DNA of 64,000 bases from a virus, in IMG/VR virus record IMGVR_UViG_3300017646_000001, positions 53,657 through 117,656 of that record; one strand, given 5' to 3'. Both the position numbers and the translations under genes were made by a program. How positions within the stretch are numbered: the first letter of the stretch is position 1; each line of letters begins with the position of its first letter. Under the pieces are notes generated by a model, which saw only the letters and a program-made list of their open reading frames with translations, did not search any database and was not told where the DNA came from. Below are positions 29,267-39,765 of this stretch, in pieces.

Positions 29267-30682
29267 ATGACCCAACAAATCGCCGAATCCGCCGCCATCG
29301 CGATGCGTCGTCGCGAAGGCCACGTGCAAAACATCCTGGCCGAAAACCGGTCGTGGAAGAACAAGTACAAGAGCCTGCTGGTTCACCTCGAGTCGGGCGA
29401 CGACGCGCTCAAGCGCCGCGTCATGAACACCCTGACCGTCATGCACAACCAAGCCATGTACGTGGAAAGCCTGTCCAAGGATCCGCGCATGGAATCGACG
29501 TTCGTGCAGAACCTGGGCCAGCTGGTGCCGAAGGTCGTGGACCTGGTCCGCATCTTCTACCCGAACATGATCACGCACGATCTGGTCGACGTCCAGGCCA
29601 TCGACCGCCAGAACGGCGAAATCTTCGTGGTCCGTCCTACCTTCTCGAACACCGCTGCCGGCGTCAACGCGGGCGACCAAGTGTTCAAGACTCCGACTGA
29701 CGGCACGTACGCTTCCGAAAAGACCAACCTGTCGGCCACCGGTACCGGTACCGGCCCCTACACCGCCACCGCCACCCGTCTGCCCCTGCGCCCCGGCCGT
29801 CAGCTCGTCTACGCTGCTGGCGTGCAAGTCGGTGTCGACGACGGTAACGGCGCGATCGTGGGTCCGAACATCGCTGCCGGCACGATCAACTACGCGACCG
29901 GCGCGATCTCGGTGACCTTCACGGCTGCTCCGACCGCCCCCGTCTCGTTCGGTACGATCGCCGACCTGGAAACCAACCCCGCCGGCATCCGCCGCATGTC
30001 GATCAACCTGTCCACGATTCCCGTGCAGGCGCAGCCCCATCCGCTGTTGATCGACTGGTCCGTCCAAGCTCAGCTGGCCGCTGCCGCCCACCTGGACATC
30101 GACATCCCGCAAACGCTGGCCGACGCCGTCGCCTCGTTCATCAAGCAGGAACGCGACCTGTCCGTGGTCTCGGCCATCCTGGCTTCCGCGCTGCACGACG
30201 CCAACCTGGACTTCGACGCCACCGCGCCGACGAACTACAGCCGCCTGGCTCGCTACGCCGAAATCGAGCTGAAGCTGAACTACGCCGAATCCGACATCCA
30301 AGTCGGCCAAGGCCGTGGTGGTGTGTCCTGGGTGCTGTGCGGCACGAACGCCGCCGACATCTGGCGCAACTGCAACGGCTTCCAGCCCAGCGACGTCGTG
30401 GCCCCGATCGGCCCGCACAAGATCGGTACGCTGCGCGATGGCACGGTCGCCGTCATCAAAGTCCCGACCATGGACCGCAACACGTACGCCATCGGTTTCA
30501 AGGGCTACGTGATGGGTGACGCCGCGACCATCTTGGCCGAGTGGATTCCCCTGTATGCCACCCCGGTGTTCCAAGCGCCGGAAATGGTGAACAGCCAAGG
30601 CCTGACCTCGCTGTACCATCTGGAAAACAACCCGATGGTCAGCTACTACCGCTTCGGCACCATCTCGAACTACGGCGCGTAA
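29267..30682 (+). CDS. Major capsid protein (T4 gp23-like)
   Basis: LVRIFYPNMITHDLVDVQAI, PVQAQPHPLLIDWSVQAQL, IKQERD; extreme codon bias; follows protease. Confidence 0.9.
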   Translation: MTQQIAESAAIAMRRREGHVQNILAENRSWKNKYKSLLVHLESGDDALKRRVMNTLTVMHNQAMYVESLSKDPRMESTFVQNLGQLVPKVVDLVRIFYPNMITHDLVDVQAIDRQNGEIFVVRPTFSNTAAGVNAGDQVFKTPTDGTYASEKTNLSATGTGTGPYTATATRLPLRPGRQLVYAAGVQVGVDDGNGAIVGPNIAAGTINYATGAISVTFTAAPTAPVSFGTIADLETNPAGIRRMSINLSTIPVQAQPHPLLIDWSVQAQLAAAAHLDIDIPQTLADAVASFIKQERDLSVVSAILASALHDANLDFDATAPTNYSRLARYAEIELKLNYAESDIQVGQGRGGVSWVLCGTNAADIWRNCNGFQPSDVVAPIGPHKIGTLRDGTVAVIKVPTMDRNTYAIGFKGYVMGDAATILAEWIPLYATPVFQAPEMVNSQGLTSLYHLENNPMVSYYRFGTISNYGA

Positions 30683-31134
30683 GCTCTGTAGTGCGCGATG
30701 ATGGGGACGGGGCCTTCGGGCCCCGTTTCTGTATTCGTCCACTTGTTGCGCTTAGACATATTCTCAGCCCCTGGCAATATGCGCCAGTTGTTCCACACGT
30801 GCAGGCCTGATACTGTTTTGCCTTGTAGTGGTATCTCGTGATCTACGTGGTAAGGCGTGCCTGTGATCTTCTCTAGTCGGCGACACTGGTCTTGCATTTC
30901 ACTCCACACCAACTCATGCCACTCCAGGTTCCAGTGTGTGTAGTCTCGTTGCTTGCGAGCCCGGTAATACCGATCGCTTTTGCCGTACCCGATATGTGGG
31001 TTTTGCTTACGGTACTTGCGTTCGCATTCTCGACACTTGCTATTTAGGCCGTCTTTGTGATGGGCATGTTTGTTGTAGCTAGATAGGAGCCGCGCCCGCC
31101 CACAAGCGCAACATACCTTGGTAGGGCGCGCCAT
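30670..31134 (-). CDS. HNH endonuclease with N-terminal Zn finger
   Basis: CCAC...CREC; HVDHEIPLQGKTVSGLHVWNNWRILPGAENMSKRNK. Confidence 0.9.
   Translation of the reverse strand: MARPTKVCCACGRARLLSSYNKHAHHKDGLNSKCRECERKYRKQNPHIGYGKSDRYYRARKQRDYTHWNLEWHELVWSEMQDQCRRLEKITGTPYHVDHEIPLQGKTVSGLHVWNNWRILPGAENMSKRNKWTNTETGPEGPVPIIAHYRAYAP
30706..30730 (+). terminator. Intrinsic terminator after capsid gene
   Basis: GACGGGGCC-TTCG-GGCCCCGTT-TCT. Confidence 0.7.
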
Positions 31135-31616
31135 TACGCTGCTCGTTTGCCTACCTCGCCACGTCGAGAGTTCAGGCTCCGTATGCGGTAGTAGTCACCC
31201 AGAATGTTTTTGAGCAGGGCGCTGTCGCCGTAGATGGTGCGATCGCGCAGCCCTTCCAGAAACTTGATTTTGCCTGGGATGGTGTCGGGGTCTACGTCAT
31301 TGAGGCCCAGCTCGGTAAGCGTAACGCGATCCTTATAATCCCGGCGCGCTTGGTCGATCTTTTCAGCCTGAATCTTGGCTTGTGGATGCGTCATCCAGTA
31401 GTGGGTGTACTGGCTGGCTGGGTCGGCCGGATCGGGCACGACCTCAGACTTGAGTACTTCGTCGCCCGTCAGCGTGAATAGGTGTCGCTTTAGGACATCT
31501 ACTGCAATACCCGTGAGACGCGAAACTTCGGTCATCTTGAGTTTGCGATTGGGACGAGCGGCGAAGAAGCGTAAGATTTCTTGCTCAGTATTTATTGTTT
31601 TGGCGTGTCGGGTCAT
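31134..31616 (-). CDS. Putative winged-helix DNA-binding protein
   Basis: LKMTEVSRLTGIAVDVLKRHLFTL HTH-like. Confidence 0.5.
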   Translation of the reverse strand: MTRHAKTINTEQEILRFFAARPNRKLKMTEVSRLTGIAVDVLKRHLFTLTGDEVLKSEVVPDPADPASQYTHYWMTHPQAKIQAEKIDQARRDYKDRVTLTELGLNDVDPDTIPGKIKFLEGLRDRTIYGDSALLKNILGDYYRIRSLNSRRGEVGKRAA

Positions 31617-31617
31617 G

Positions 31618-32034
31618 TTAACTGATATTCCACTCTTTTACCATGTCGTACAGCATGCGATTGCGCCAGTCATTAGAACGCGGCAAAGTGTCGAGTCGCT
31701 TGTGTATCTCAATGAGAGACGCGGCAAATTGCACCTTACCCAAGATGTTTTCCGTTTCCCACTCCACATCTTTGTCGATACCCATGTTGATGGAGTGCGC
31801 GTAGGCCAAATACATGATGCGCACGGCATCAATCTCAGCGCGGTGTGGAGCGCGGTCCATGTACTGCCACAGCAGAAATCCGATCTCGTGCTGTTCCACG
31901 CCGGTTACGTCTTCGACTTCAAGATCGCCGCTAGGCCACGAGTCTGTGCCGAAGGTCTCTACGTACGACTCGGAATTGTCGTGATAGTACAGACGGCGAG
32001 TCGGGTCCGATATCCGTTTTTCGTGTTGTTCCAT
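31618..32034 (-). CDS. Hypothetical protein
   Basis: Operonic minus-strand ORF. Confidence 0.55.
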   Translation of the reverse strand: MEQHEKRISDPTRRLYYHDNSESYVETFGTDSWPSGDLEVEDVTGVEQHEIGFLLWQYMDRAPHRAEIDAVRIMYLAYAHSINMGIDKDVEWETENILGKVQFAASLIEIHKRLDTLPRSNDWRNRMLYDMVKEWNIS

Positions 32035-32049
32035 GCCAGCCGCCTAGCT

Positions 32050-32688
32050 TCAATAGTGCAGGTTGTGAACGCGCAGGTTTTGTATCACTCCCGGAGAAGG
32101 CGACTCCCATAGCGGTTCTTCTCCCGCGATCATGGCAGACTTCATCGGGTTGTTGTGGTCGCAGTAGCACAGCACGGAATAGGGATGGCGGATGTCTGGG
32201 TTGAGCTGTACCAAGAAGAGCGGCGTAGTACGTTTTCGGTTAACGTCCAGGTACCGAACGAGCTGCTCCAATGGAACCGACTTCGCTTGCTCCAGATCAG
32301 AAAACGGCCCAGCGATGAAGCTCCAGACCAATTTTGCCGCTTGGCCCAACGGACTGCTGTTGCGCGGTACGCCGATGGCATACCGCACTGGGGGTTGTTC
32401 CAGTTCGCGTCTTTGTTCAGACGTCAATACCGCGTCCAACGCCAGATGCGGACTGTCATGCATCAACCGATACTGCTTGAGTTCCAACGTGGCCACAAGC
32501 GTGATCAGGCCAGAAGGATATACGAGAACGTCGTACGGACCCGCCCAGCTCAACAGTTGTGCTTCGCGCTTTTCTTGCGCGATTTTAACCGCTTCACGCA
32601 AAGCCGCCTCCAGCTCTGCAACGTCGGCCGGCCCCGCGTTCTGGACCAGCATCAACCAGTGCGACAGATGAAACTTAGCGATTTCCAT
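32050..32688 (-). CDS. Hypothetical protein
   Basis: Operonic minus-strand ORF. Confidence 0.55.
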   Translation of the reverse strand: MEIAKFHLSHWLMLVQNAGPADVAELEAALREAVKIAQEKREAQLLSWAGPYDVLVYPSGLITLVATLELKQYRLMHDSPHLALDAVLTSEQRRELEQPPVRYAIGVPRNSSPLGQAAKLVWSFIAGPFSDLEQAKSVPLEQLVRYLDVNRKRTTPLFLVQLNPDIRHPYSVLCYCDHNNPMKSAMIAGEEPLWESPSPGVIQNLRVHNLHY

Positions 32689-32744
32689 GACTGTTCCAAA
32701 GAGGGAATAAACCCTACATAACGTTAGAAGGACGGTTTACTGCT

Positions 32745-33383
32745 ATGAAATATTTTGTGTGGGGTCTGAAGTGGTTAGCGTTGAGCGTGGTGGACTTACT
32801 GTTCCAAGCTTTTTCGCTCCTGTTCGTGAACTGGTGGGTTCCTTTTACGGCGCGCAAGATCGTCCCTGCCGACTACCTGTGGGAGGAAGCTGACCCTCAG
32901 TGGCGGGGGATTGAAGAAAAGCTACCCGAGTGGTTGCGCTGGTTCGAGACTTTCGATGCTTCGCTCGACACTGGTTGGATCGAAGGTAAATATTTCAAGT
33001 CCGGCGAAGCCTATTCTCCTACCAATCTGCCGGGGTTTTGGCGGCGTAAGTGGTATCAGATACGATGGCTGTATCGCAACTCCAACTATGGTTTCTCTTA
33101 TTGGGTGACCGGCGTCCCTATGGTGAAAGCCGATTGGGTGATCCACCGCTACGTGATCCAAAACGGATACAGGCTCTTTATTGCTTTAAACCCCAAGACC
33201 GGGTACTTCAACATCAACCTACAGGGCAAGTACGGGACGTACAAGCTAGGCGTGAAGGCGTGGAATTATTGGGACCGTGATATCCAAGACTGGTACCAGG
33301 ATAACCTGCCTTGGGGCCCCGAATGGCGCACCCAGCTCGTACTTAGTATTAACCCGTTCTCCCGCACTCCTATCACTCAGTAA
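32745..33383 (+). CDS. Trp-rich protein with N-terminal membrane segment
   Basis: LPEWLRWFETFDASLD...WLYRN..YGF motif seen in phage proteins. Confidence 0.65.
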   Translation: MKYFVWGLKWLALSVVDLLFQAFSLLFVNWWVPFTARKIVPADYLWEEADPQWRGIEEKLPEWLRWFETFDASLDTGWIEGKYFKSGEAYSPTNLPGFWRRKWYQIRWLYRNSNYGFSYWVTGVPMVKADWVIHRYVIQNGYRLFIALNPKTGYFNINLQGKYGTYKLGVKAWNYWDRDIQDWYQDNLPWGPEWRTQLVLSINPFSRTPITQ

Positions 33384-33438
33384 GTACGGTTCTATAAACC
33401 GTCCCAGAGTATGCACCACACTCTGGGAGGATAGCACC

Positions 33439-35835
33439 GTGCAGATCGACTACGTCGTAGATCAAAGGAACGAAAAGATCGGGTTGGAGTCCAAGGTCAT
33501 GGACTTGGACCACAGGAAAAAGGCGAAGCTCTTCGCCATCCTGTCGACCAACCTGTACAAGGACGCTAAGGCGGCAATCGTGCGGGAGTTGTGCTCCAAC
33601 ATGTACGACGCCAACGTCATGGCTGGCCAGCCCGATCGCCCGTTCCACATCACAATTCCTACCTACGACCGACCTGTCTTCATTGCTCGCGACTATGCCA
33701 TTGGGCTGACTGCCGAGCACGCCGAAAGCACGCTGTTCTCCTATCTGGGGTCGGACAAGGACTCCAGCGACGATTACATCGGCGGCTGGGGTTTGGGTGC
33801 GAAGAGCCCGATGGCTTACGCTACCGACTACACGGTTCACCTGTACAAGGACGGCGTGCATTGGGAATACCTGTGCAGCAAGGGTGCGGACGGCATTCCG
33901 ACGCACTCCATGTTTGCCGGCCCCGAACCGACTGAAGAGCCCAACGGCGTCGAGTTTCAAATCCCCATTCGCACCGAAGACATTGGCGCGTGGCGTGCGA
34001 CGATCTCGCAGTACTACGCCAACACCAACTATCCGCTGACCATCACCAACCCCGAAATGCTGATGGAAGTGCGTCGTTCCAAGGAGCACTATAGCTTCCG
34101 CCACGATCAGTTCCACTACTCGGTAACCGACCACATGCCGGCACAAATCCATGTGCGTTACGGCGGCGCGTTGTACCCTATCTCCGAGTTGGTTGGGCTT
34201 GAAGGAGATGCTTACAACTTCATGAGGCGTTGGGATAGCATGTCCCGATATTCGCTCATCCTGAACGTGGATGTGGGCCAAATCAAGTTCGTGCCCAGCC
34301 GCGACAGCATGGAGAGTACTCCCAAGACCCTCTCCTACGTGAGTCGCGCCTTGGAGAACCTCATCGAAATGATGCGGGACGGCTACCAAGAGTACGCCGA
34401 AAGCTGCATCCTGCCGATCGAGAATCTGCGTGAGCAACACCAGCAGGCCGGCACGCTTCCGCTGCTGCGCGACATCATCGAAGTGATGAACCAAATCGAC
34501 CCTGACTACAAGTCGTCGTTTGGGTTCTTTGACTACATCAAGTACCGTGACTTCGCCAACGCCTTCTTGGACCGTTCGCGCGACTCCAAGTATATTGCCA
34601 CGGACTACATTACCTTCGCGATCGACCAGCCGGACCGCGAAGTTACGATTTCGTACCCGGACGGCTCACAAAAGCCCCGTGTCGGTCCGTTGGGCCAATT
34701 CATCCAGCGATTGTCCACCAGCCGCTGCAAGTCCAAGACGGCGCAGTATAGATACACGGTGCACGCGTCCTCAACCAAGGAACACGCAGGCAACGTCTCG
34801 GCCTATGCCACTATCCAGGGCCAATTTCATTTCCTGTGGTCTCCTAATCCGATTTCGGCCGCGTCGGCGCGCTCCGACAGCGCTATTTCGACCACCACGT
34901 TCCACGCGGTGAGCCCGGATCAAGAGTCGGCCGTTGCTTTTTTCGTGCAAGCAGGTTTTCCGGAAGACGAAGTACGAAACGTTATCGAATCGGTCGAAAA
35001 CTATGGCATCGAATTCGTTTCGCGTAAGCCGGCTAAGCGCCGCGCACCTGGTACTCGCACCGAAATTCCCCAAATCGTGCAGTGCGCTTGGTCGGGTACG
35101 CGTGAGAGGTACCACGACTACTATCTCTACGTTCACGTAACCGAAGAGGAACGTCGATCGGGCCAGTTTCGTCACCTGTCTTCGCACGAAGACCACGTGA
35201 TCGGCGCAGCGCTGGCGGTAGCAGCCCGACGCGTGTATGCCGACGTGCCGAAGGTGCGTCGCACCTACTCGGGTGGTGGATTTCAGGTACATTCTTTTGT
35301 GGCCTCTAAGCCGTTCTTGCGGCGCTCAGCCGACCTATCCAATGTCTTCCACTGGCGCGAGTATTTGGGACCGGATGATTCCATCCTGCTGCACTTGCAT
35401 CATCGCGCCGTAGTGGCTGAGCAGTATGCCAAGATGTTCTCTGCTCTTAATAAAATCGACGGCATTGACCTGAACATCTATCGCGAAGAGGATCGCGCCG
35501 CTTCCTTCATTATTCTGCGGCAGTTGTTGCGCGTGTCCAACGCGCCTCAATGCATGTTCCGCGAGTTGAAGCGTGTGGAACGGATAATTAGCCAAGGCTA
35601 TGAATTCGGCGTGGTGGGCGCAGATAACGTTTGGAATTTCCGGCGTATGGCGGCTCAGCGAGAAGACCTCTATCGGCCGTCTTGCCCCGGTTTGGAAGCA
35701 GCGGCCCAATATGTTAAGTGGCTGGTAGCAGAGAGCCCACTGGTGTCCGTTGTGAAGTGGGACACTTTTAGCAAGCTGAGTGAATCGGCTCAGAATCAAA
35801 TCATCGACATACTTTCTCGGGAGCTCTCCAAGTGA
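33439..35835 (+). CDS. rIIA: rIIA-like protein
   Basis: GHKL ATPase motifs LSTNLYKD..AIVRELCSNMYDA, RDYAIGL, IGGWGLGAKSP; GTG start after GGAGG. Confidence 0.9.
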   Translation: MQIDYVVDQRNEKIGLESKVMDLDHRKKAKLFAILSTNLYKDAKAAIVRELCSNMYDANVMAGQPDRPFHITIPTYDRPVFIARDYAIGLTAEHAESTLFSYLGSDKDSSDDYIGGWGLGAKSPMAYATDYTVHLYKDGVHWEYLCSKGADGIPTHSMFAGPEPTEEPNGVEFQIPIRTEDIGAWRATISQYYANTNYPLTITNPEMLMEVRRSKEHYSFRHDQFHYSVTDHMPAQIHVRYGGALYPISELVGLEGDAYNFMRRWDSMSRYSLILNVDVGQIKFVPSRDSMESTPKTLSYVSRALENLIEMMRDGYQEYAESCILPIENLREQHQQAGTLPLLRDIIEVMNQIDPDYKSSFGFFDYIKYRDFANAFLDRSRDSKYIATDYITFAIDQPDREVTISYPDGSQKPRVGPLGQFIQRLSTSRCKSKTAQYRYTVHASSTKEHAGNVSAYATIQGQFHFLWSPNPISAASARSDSAISTTTFHAVSPDQESAVAFFVQAGFPEDEVRNVIESVENYGIEFVSRKPAKRRAPGTRTEIPQIVQCAWSGTRERYHDYYLYVHVTEEERRSGQFRHLSSHEDHVIGAALAVAARRVYADVPKVRRTYSGGGFQVHSFVASKPFLRRSADLSNVFHWREYLGPDDSILLHLHHRAVVAEQYAKMFSALNKIDGIDLNIYREEDRAASFIILRQLLRVSNAPQCMFRELKRVERIISQGYEFGVVGADNVWNFRRMAAQREDLYRPSCPGLEAAAQYVKWLVAESPLVSVVKWDTFSKLSESAQNQIIDILSRELSK

Positions 35836-36689
35836 GCCAGAACAAAATCAAGGCGTTGATCACGTCGACGCGCGTCAAGTTCGTCGCCTATAACCTCACC
35901 TACGAAGCGCGAAACGACCACCCGCGCTTCCAAGAAATCTGCGATCACTTGCGTGCCAACAAGCCTCGCGCCGCCGTGACCGCATACCGCAATGGCAAGA
36001 AAGCCGAAGCCAAGATCGGGCTGCGCCGTGACCCCACCGGCTTGATGTACAAGGAACTCAAGCTGCCGCCCATCTTCGCTGAAGTCTACAGCAACGTGAT
36101 GGCAGACGGTGATCCGGACCGGCTCAAGGGCCTGGAGCTGTTCTTCGACAACATTCTGGCCAACCCGTCCACCCTGGTGAGCATGGATGCGTTTGCTCGG
36201 TTCTTGTCGCGCCGCAAGATGATCATCACCGATCGCGGCACGTTCTTGGCCTACAAACGGCTCAACTACCGATTCTACGATTGCCATTCGAACAAATTCA
36301 ACAACACTCCCGGCATCGGCTTCATCGAGATGCCGCGTGAAGACGTGGACCAAAACCAGCACGCCGAATGCTCACGCGGATTTCATCAGTGCTCGTACGA
36401 GTATGTGAAGTCCTTCCCGGGTGAACACCTGATCGTGACCGAGATCAGCCCGCGTGACGTCGTGGCCGTACCGCCCGACTACAATTTCACCAAGATGCGC
36501 GTATGCCGCTACTTTCCGCTCTGCACGATCGGCGAGTTCAAAGACCTCGTGCGCAACTATGAGCAGGACGTGCTTAGCACGCTGCCGTTCTTCCATACCC
36601 ACCAGCTACAACGGCTTGGCGCAGTGCACGCGCGCTATCGGCGCGAAAACCTGAAACCCGAGTCGATTGGTATGTATTATCCGTCGTAA
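35832..36689 (+). CDS. rIIB: rIIB-like protein
   Basis: ITDRGTFLAYK, MPREDVD, CSRGFH, PRDVVAVPPDY, KMRVCRY. Confidence 0.9.
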   Translation: MSQNKIKALITSTRVKFVAYNLTYEARNDHPRFQEICDHLRANKPRAAVTAYRNGKKAEAKIGLRRDPTGLMYKELKLPPIFAEVYSNVMADGDPDRLKGLELFFDNILANPSTLVSMDAFARFLSRRKMIITDRGTFLAYKRLNYRFYDCHSNKFNNTPGIGFIEMPREDVDQNQHAECSRGFHQCSYEYVKSFPGEHLIVTEISPRDVVAVPPDYNFTKMRVCRYFPLCTIGEFKDLVRNYEQDVLSTLPFFHTHQLQRLGAVHARYRRENLKPESIGMYYPS

Positions 36690-36733
36690 CGCTGATTTCT
36701 CACATCGTTATAGGGAAACTGTAGGAGATTTAC

Positions 36734-37051
36734 ATGCCCCAAGACGCTCAACCGGAACTGACCGACTACCAGCAGCGTTCGCTCGACCTCTGGAAGTCGG
36801 CCCCGTTCCAAGCCTATCTCAAGTCGTATCACCGCGCTGAATCGGCCGCTCACTCGCGGCTGGAGTCCAAGGGATTTCAGCCCGACGCGGCCGAGCAGTA
36901 CATGCGCCAGTCCTCCGACAGCGAGATCTGCGCCTTCTGGAACGACATCTATTTCGCTCTGCCCGACAACGCAGGCATTCGCCAACCCCCGTTCTTCCGC
37001 CTGTGCGACCTCGCCGAAGGCACGGAAGACGACGACACGGAAGAAGCATGA
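36734..37051 (+). CDS. Hypothetical protein
   Basis: AGGAG RBS. Confidence 0.65.
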   Translation: MPQDAQPELTDYQQRSLDLWKSAPFQAYLKSYHRAESAAHSRLESKGFQPDAAEQYMRQSSDSEICAFWNDIYFALPDNAGIRQPPFFRLCDLAEGTEDDDTEEA

Positions 37052-37371
37052 CTACCCCCACCGACGATCACAACGGCATCCAGGACGAACTGCAGAGCGC
37101 GTCCGTGGGTCGGCGCGCCGACCCTGAACGTGAAACTCAACCGCGTCCCAGGTTGGTGCGACAAGACCTGTCCTCCCGATTCGTAGAGATTAGCCTAACC
37201 GACAGCAACGCAGTTGGTTTGACCGATCTGTTCATGACGGTGCGTACCGACGAGTTGAACGGCAACGGCGAACGCATTGAGCGCACTCGCTCCTTGACCG
37301 GCCTGACCGTAGAAGATTTGCGCCAGCTGCATGGACACATCGAACTGCGCTTGATGCAGTTCGGTGGCTAG
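37048..37371 (+). CDS. Hypothetical protein
   Basis: ATGA overlap. Confidence 0.55.
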   Translation: MTTPTDDHNGIQDELQSASVGRRADPERETQPRPRLVRQDLSSRFVEISLTDSNAVGLTDLFMTVRTDELNGNGERIERTRSLTGLTVEDLRQLHGHIELRLMQFGG

Positions 37372-37447
37372 CGCGTTTCACATTTCCCCGTCCGACTTTT
37401 CGTAAGCGGGGCTCCGCTCCGCTACACTCCCCTCCCGCGTTACCGAG

Positions 37448-37786
37448 TTGTACATGAACGCAGTAGATATCGCAAGACGACTGAATCTCGTTCGGCACGA
37501 CCCGTCCGCTTGGAAAGCAGAATACGCTGCGCTGTTCTCACAGCACTTCCAACAGACGACGGCCGAGGCGCTACGGATGGCTGATCTCGATCTTAATCCT
37601 GCTCAATACCTGGATCAACAGGCTCTAGTGTGGCAGGAAGTGCAACAACTGATTGGGTCGGTTCCCGGCAGCCCCAACATGGATCTGTTCGATTCTTGGG
37701 TAGTCTACTGGCGAAAGCACATGGCCCCGGCATACGCCCTCTGGGCTGCTGAAACCAAGGTACCACGCGTACTTTCGGCCAGCTAG
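37448..37786 (+). CDS. Hypothetical protein
   Basis: ORF in co-oriented run. Confidence 0.55.
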   Translation: MYMNAVDIARRLNLVRHDPSAWKAEYAALFSQHFQQTTAEALRMADLDLNPAQYLDQQALVWQEVQQLIGSVPGSPNMDLFDSWVVYWRKHMAPAYALWAAETKVPRVLSAS

Positions 37787-37811
37787 CCCTACCTACCCAG
37801 AGGCTATCCCC

Positions 37812-38345
37812 ATGCTTACTTGTTCCGCTATCCGCCGCCTTGTCGCCACTGCTGGCAGCTTCCAACAATCCCAAACTGTCATTCGTTCAGCCATTAGTGG
37901 TGAAGACGCCCTGGCCATTTTGGCTACTCTACACCCTTCCACTCCAGTCTCGATATGCCGGTCGCTGGCCGAAGCGGTCATGCGAGACTCTAACACAGCA
38001 TGGTTCTGGCGACAGCAGTGCGAACTGGCAGAAACCGCTTTGCGTCTTACGCACGACAGCGTGTGGTTGAGCGATGACGCTATGCGTGTTCGGTTGGAAG
38101 AATTCGCCATCCACCTACATCTGCGTCGGCATCTGAATCTGTCGACCGAAGAAGAAAGCTTGTTCGCTATCGCTTTCGGATTTATGACTCGCGAACAAGC
38201 TGCAACTGACTTTGGCCGGTCTGACGTCATGTGCCTCGTTGGACGCCTTTTACTGGCTATGGAACGCGCCGTTTCGATGAGCGTGGCTCAGCAAGGCCAG
38301 GATGAAAACCAACTTCAACTGTTGCGCACCGGTACACACGACTAA
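37812..38345 (+). CDS. Hypothetical protein
   Basis: GAGG RBS. Confidence 0.55.
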   Translation: MLTCSAIRRLVATAGSFQQSQTVIRSAISGEDALAILATLHPSTPVSICRSLAEAVMRDSNTAWFWRQQCELAETALRLTHDSVWLSDDAMRVRLEEFAIHLHLRRHLNLSTEEESLFAIAFGFMTREQAATDFGRSDVMCLVGRLLLAMERAVSMSVAQQGQDENQLQLLRTGTHD

Positions 38346-38369
38346 TCTCTTTTCGCTATAAGGTCCATC

Positions 38370-38618
38370 ATGCTCAAGAACGTCATCACAGTCGTCGCCC
38401 TCTTTGTAGCGCAGCTGCAGTTCGCGTTGCTGTTGCTGTGGCACATCGATTTGCAGCCCATCGGTTCGTGGCCGTGGTGGAAGGTGTGGTACCCGGTGTT
38501 GTATCCCGCTGCGCTCTTCGCGCTCGTTCTGGCTGTCATTTGGGCGCTGTACCTATTGGCCATGGTTATCAAGACAGCATGGCGTCGTCCCAACAAGCAG
38601 GAGAAAGCCAGTGAGTAA
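38370..38618 (+). CDS. Small membrane protein
   Basis: Two hydrophobic segments around IGSWPWWKVWYP. Confidence 0.65.
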   Translation: MLKNVITVVALFVAQLQFALLLLWHIDLQPIGSWPWWKVWYPVLYPAALFALVLAVIWALYLLAMVIKTAWRRPNKQEKASE

Positions 38619-38820
38619 GAAAGAAGCGGCACTACCCGAAGATCTGCAACGAACGTTGGAAGAGATTCGCGAACTGGGTAACAGCCAGTTGGGTCCCCTG
38701 ATCGACCGTCTAGCCTCTGACCCGCGCGTTGACAAGGTGCACTTGAACGAAGCTCGCAAGTCCCTGAAGCTGGGTATCATGTACGCTCGTCGTTCCATCG
38801 AGAAGCCAACCGACTTTTAG
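38611..38820 (+). CDS. Hypothetical small helical protein
   Basis: AGGAG RBS; ends RSIEKPTDF. Confidence 0.6.
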   Translation: MSKKEAALPEDLQRTLEEIRELGNSQLGPLIDRLASDPRVDKVHLNEARKSLKLGIMYARRSIEKPTDF

Positions 38821-38830
38821 CCGTTATACG

Positions 38831-39223
38831 GTGTACCCTCTCTTACTTGCGGCCCGGGGAGACTCGGGCCGTATACTATTCATCATGGCAGAACACGCTC
38901 AGTACGCTGTATGGGATTCCATCGTGGACGAAATTCGTCGCGCTGAAATGCGCGACCGGGCGATCAGTCCGTTGGACTACGAGGATTGCGAAGACAGCCT
39001 CATTCCTCCTAATCAAGCTTTGGGATTAGAAGAAATACACGACCTGGACAGCCTGAAAAAGGAAACCAGCTTGGCCCTCTTGCCTTTGGACACAGGGCGG
39101 CACACGGCTTTTAAACCGCCTCGAACCTCTATTCTTCCTCTGTCCACGTCGCCTTCCATGCAAGACTCCGTGGACGACATTTGGAACGCCGTGCGCACTA
39201 GCACCAAACTGAAGAAACCATGA
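38831..39223 (+). CDS. Hypothetical protein
   Basis: Operonic ORF. Confidence 0.5.
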   Translation: MYPLLLAARGDSGRILFIMAEHAQYAVWDSIVDEIRRAEMRDRAISPLDYEDCEDSLIPPNQALGLEEIHDLDSLKKETSLALLPLDTGRHTAFKPPRTSILPLSTSPSMQDSVDDIWNAVRTSTKLKKP

Positions 39224-39765
39224 AAATTTCTTTTCACATCAAAATCAGCAATTCCGCCTTGGCGCGCGTAACGTTCTCCAACACCGCTGCTTGGAAGAGA
39301 GCCCTATCCGATGCGCTGCTCGTCAAATTTCCGCGTGAAGCCGCTCCGTGGGAGCTTACGGTGGAATACCAAGAAGATCGCCACCAGCTGGCAGGTTGGA
39401 TCGATCGCGTTACGGTGTCTCAGGGCTTGGCTATCCGCGATTACTGCGAGTCGGGTGCATGGCTAGAAGACGCACTACTGCTGTACTTCCGCCAAAATCC
39501 TACCGTCACCGCTTACTACACGGTGGAAGAAATTCAGGACGCCATGCACGTCGCTACTGGATGCCGCTACAACTTTCGTGCCCGCATGGTCAGTCCCAAC
39601 TTGTGCAGGGTTTCATCGCCCGACGCGCCTCGTAGCAGTCTAGAGGCTGGGGTGCGGGCCCTGTGCGAAAGCGGCCGATTACCCGCTACTCTGCGCCTGG
39701 AAGCTGACGCCGCCTCTTCCCTCAATCCTCTGGACCTCAAGCCCTATGACCCCAATCAAAGTTAA
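39220..39765 (+). CDS. Hypothetical protein
   Basis: ATGA overlap. Confidence 0.55.
   Translation: MKISFHIKISNSALARVTFSNTAAWKRALSDALLVKFPREAAPWELTVEYQEDRHQLAGWIDRVTVSQGLAIRDYCESGAWLEDALLLYFRQNPTVTAYYTVEEIQDAMHVATGCRYNFRARMVSPNLCRVSSPDAPRSSLEAGVRALCESGRLPATLRLEADAASSLNPLDLKPYDPNQS

Noticed and set aside
8910-35292. Long antisense ORFs (e.g. 8910-10052, 11932-12984, 15904-17250, 17281-18546, 29225-30742, 33373-34494)
   Set aside because: Shadow frames of codon-biased genes on the opposite strand; no motifs or RBS.
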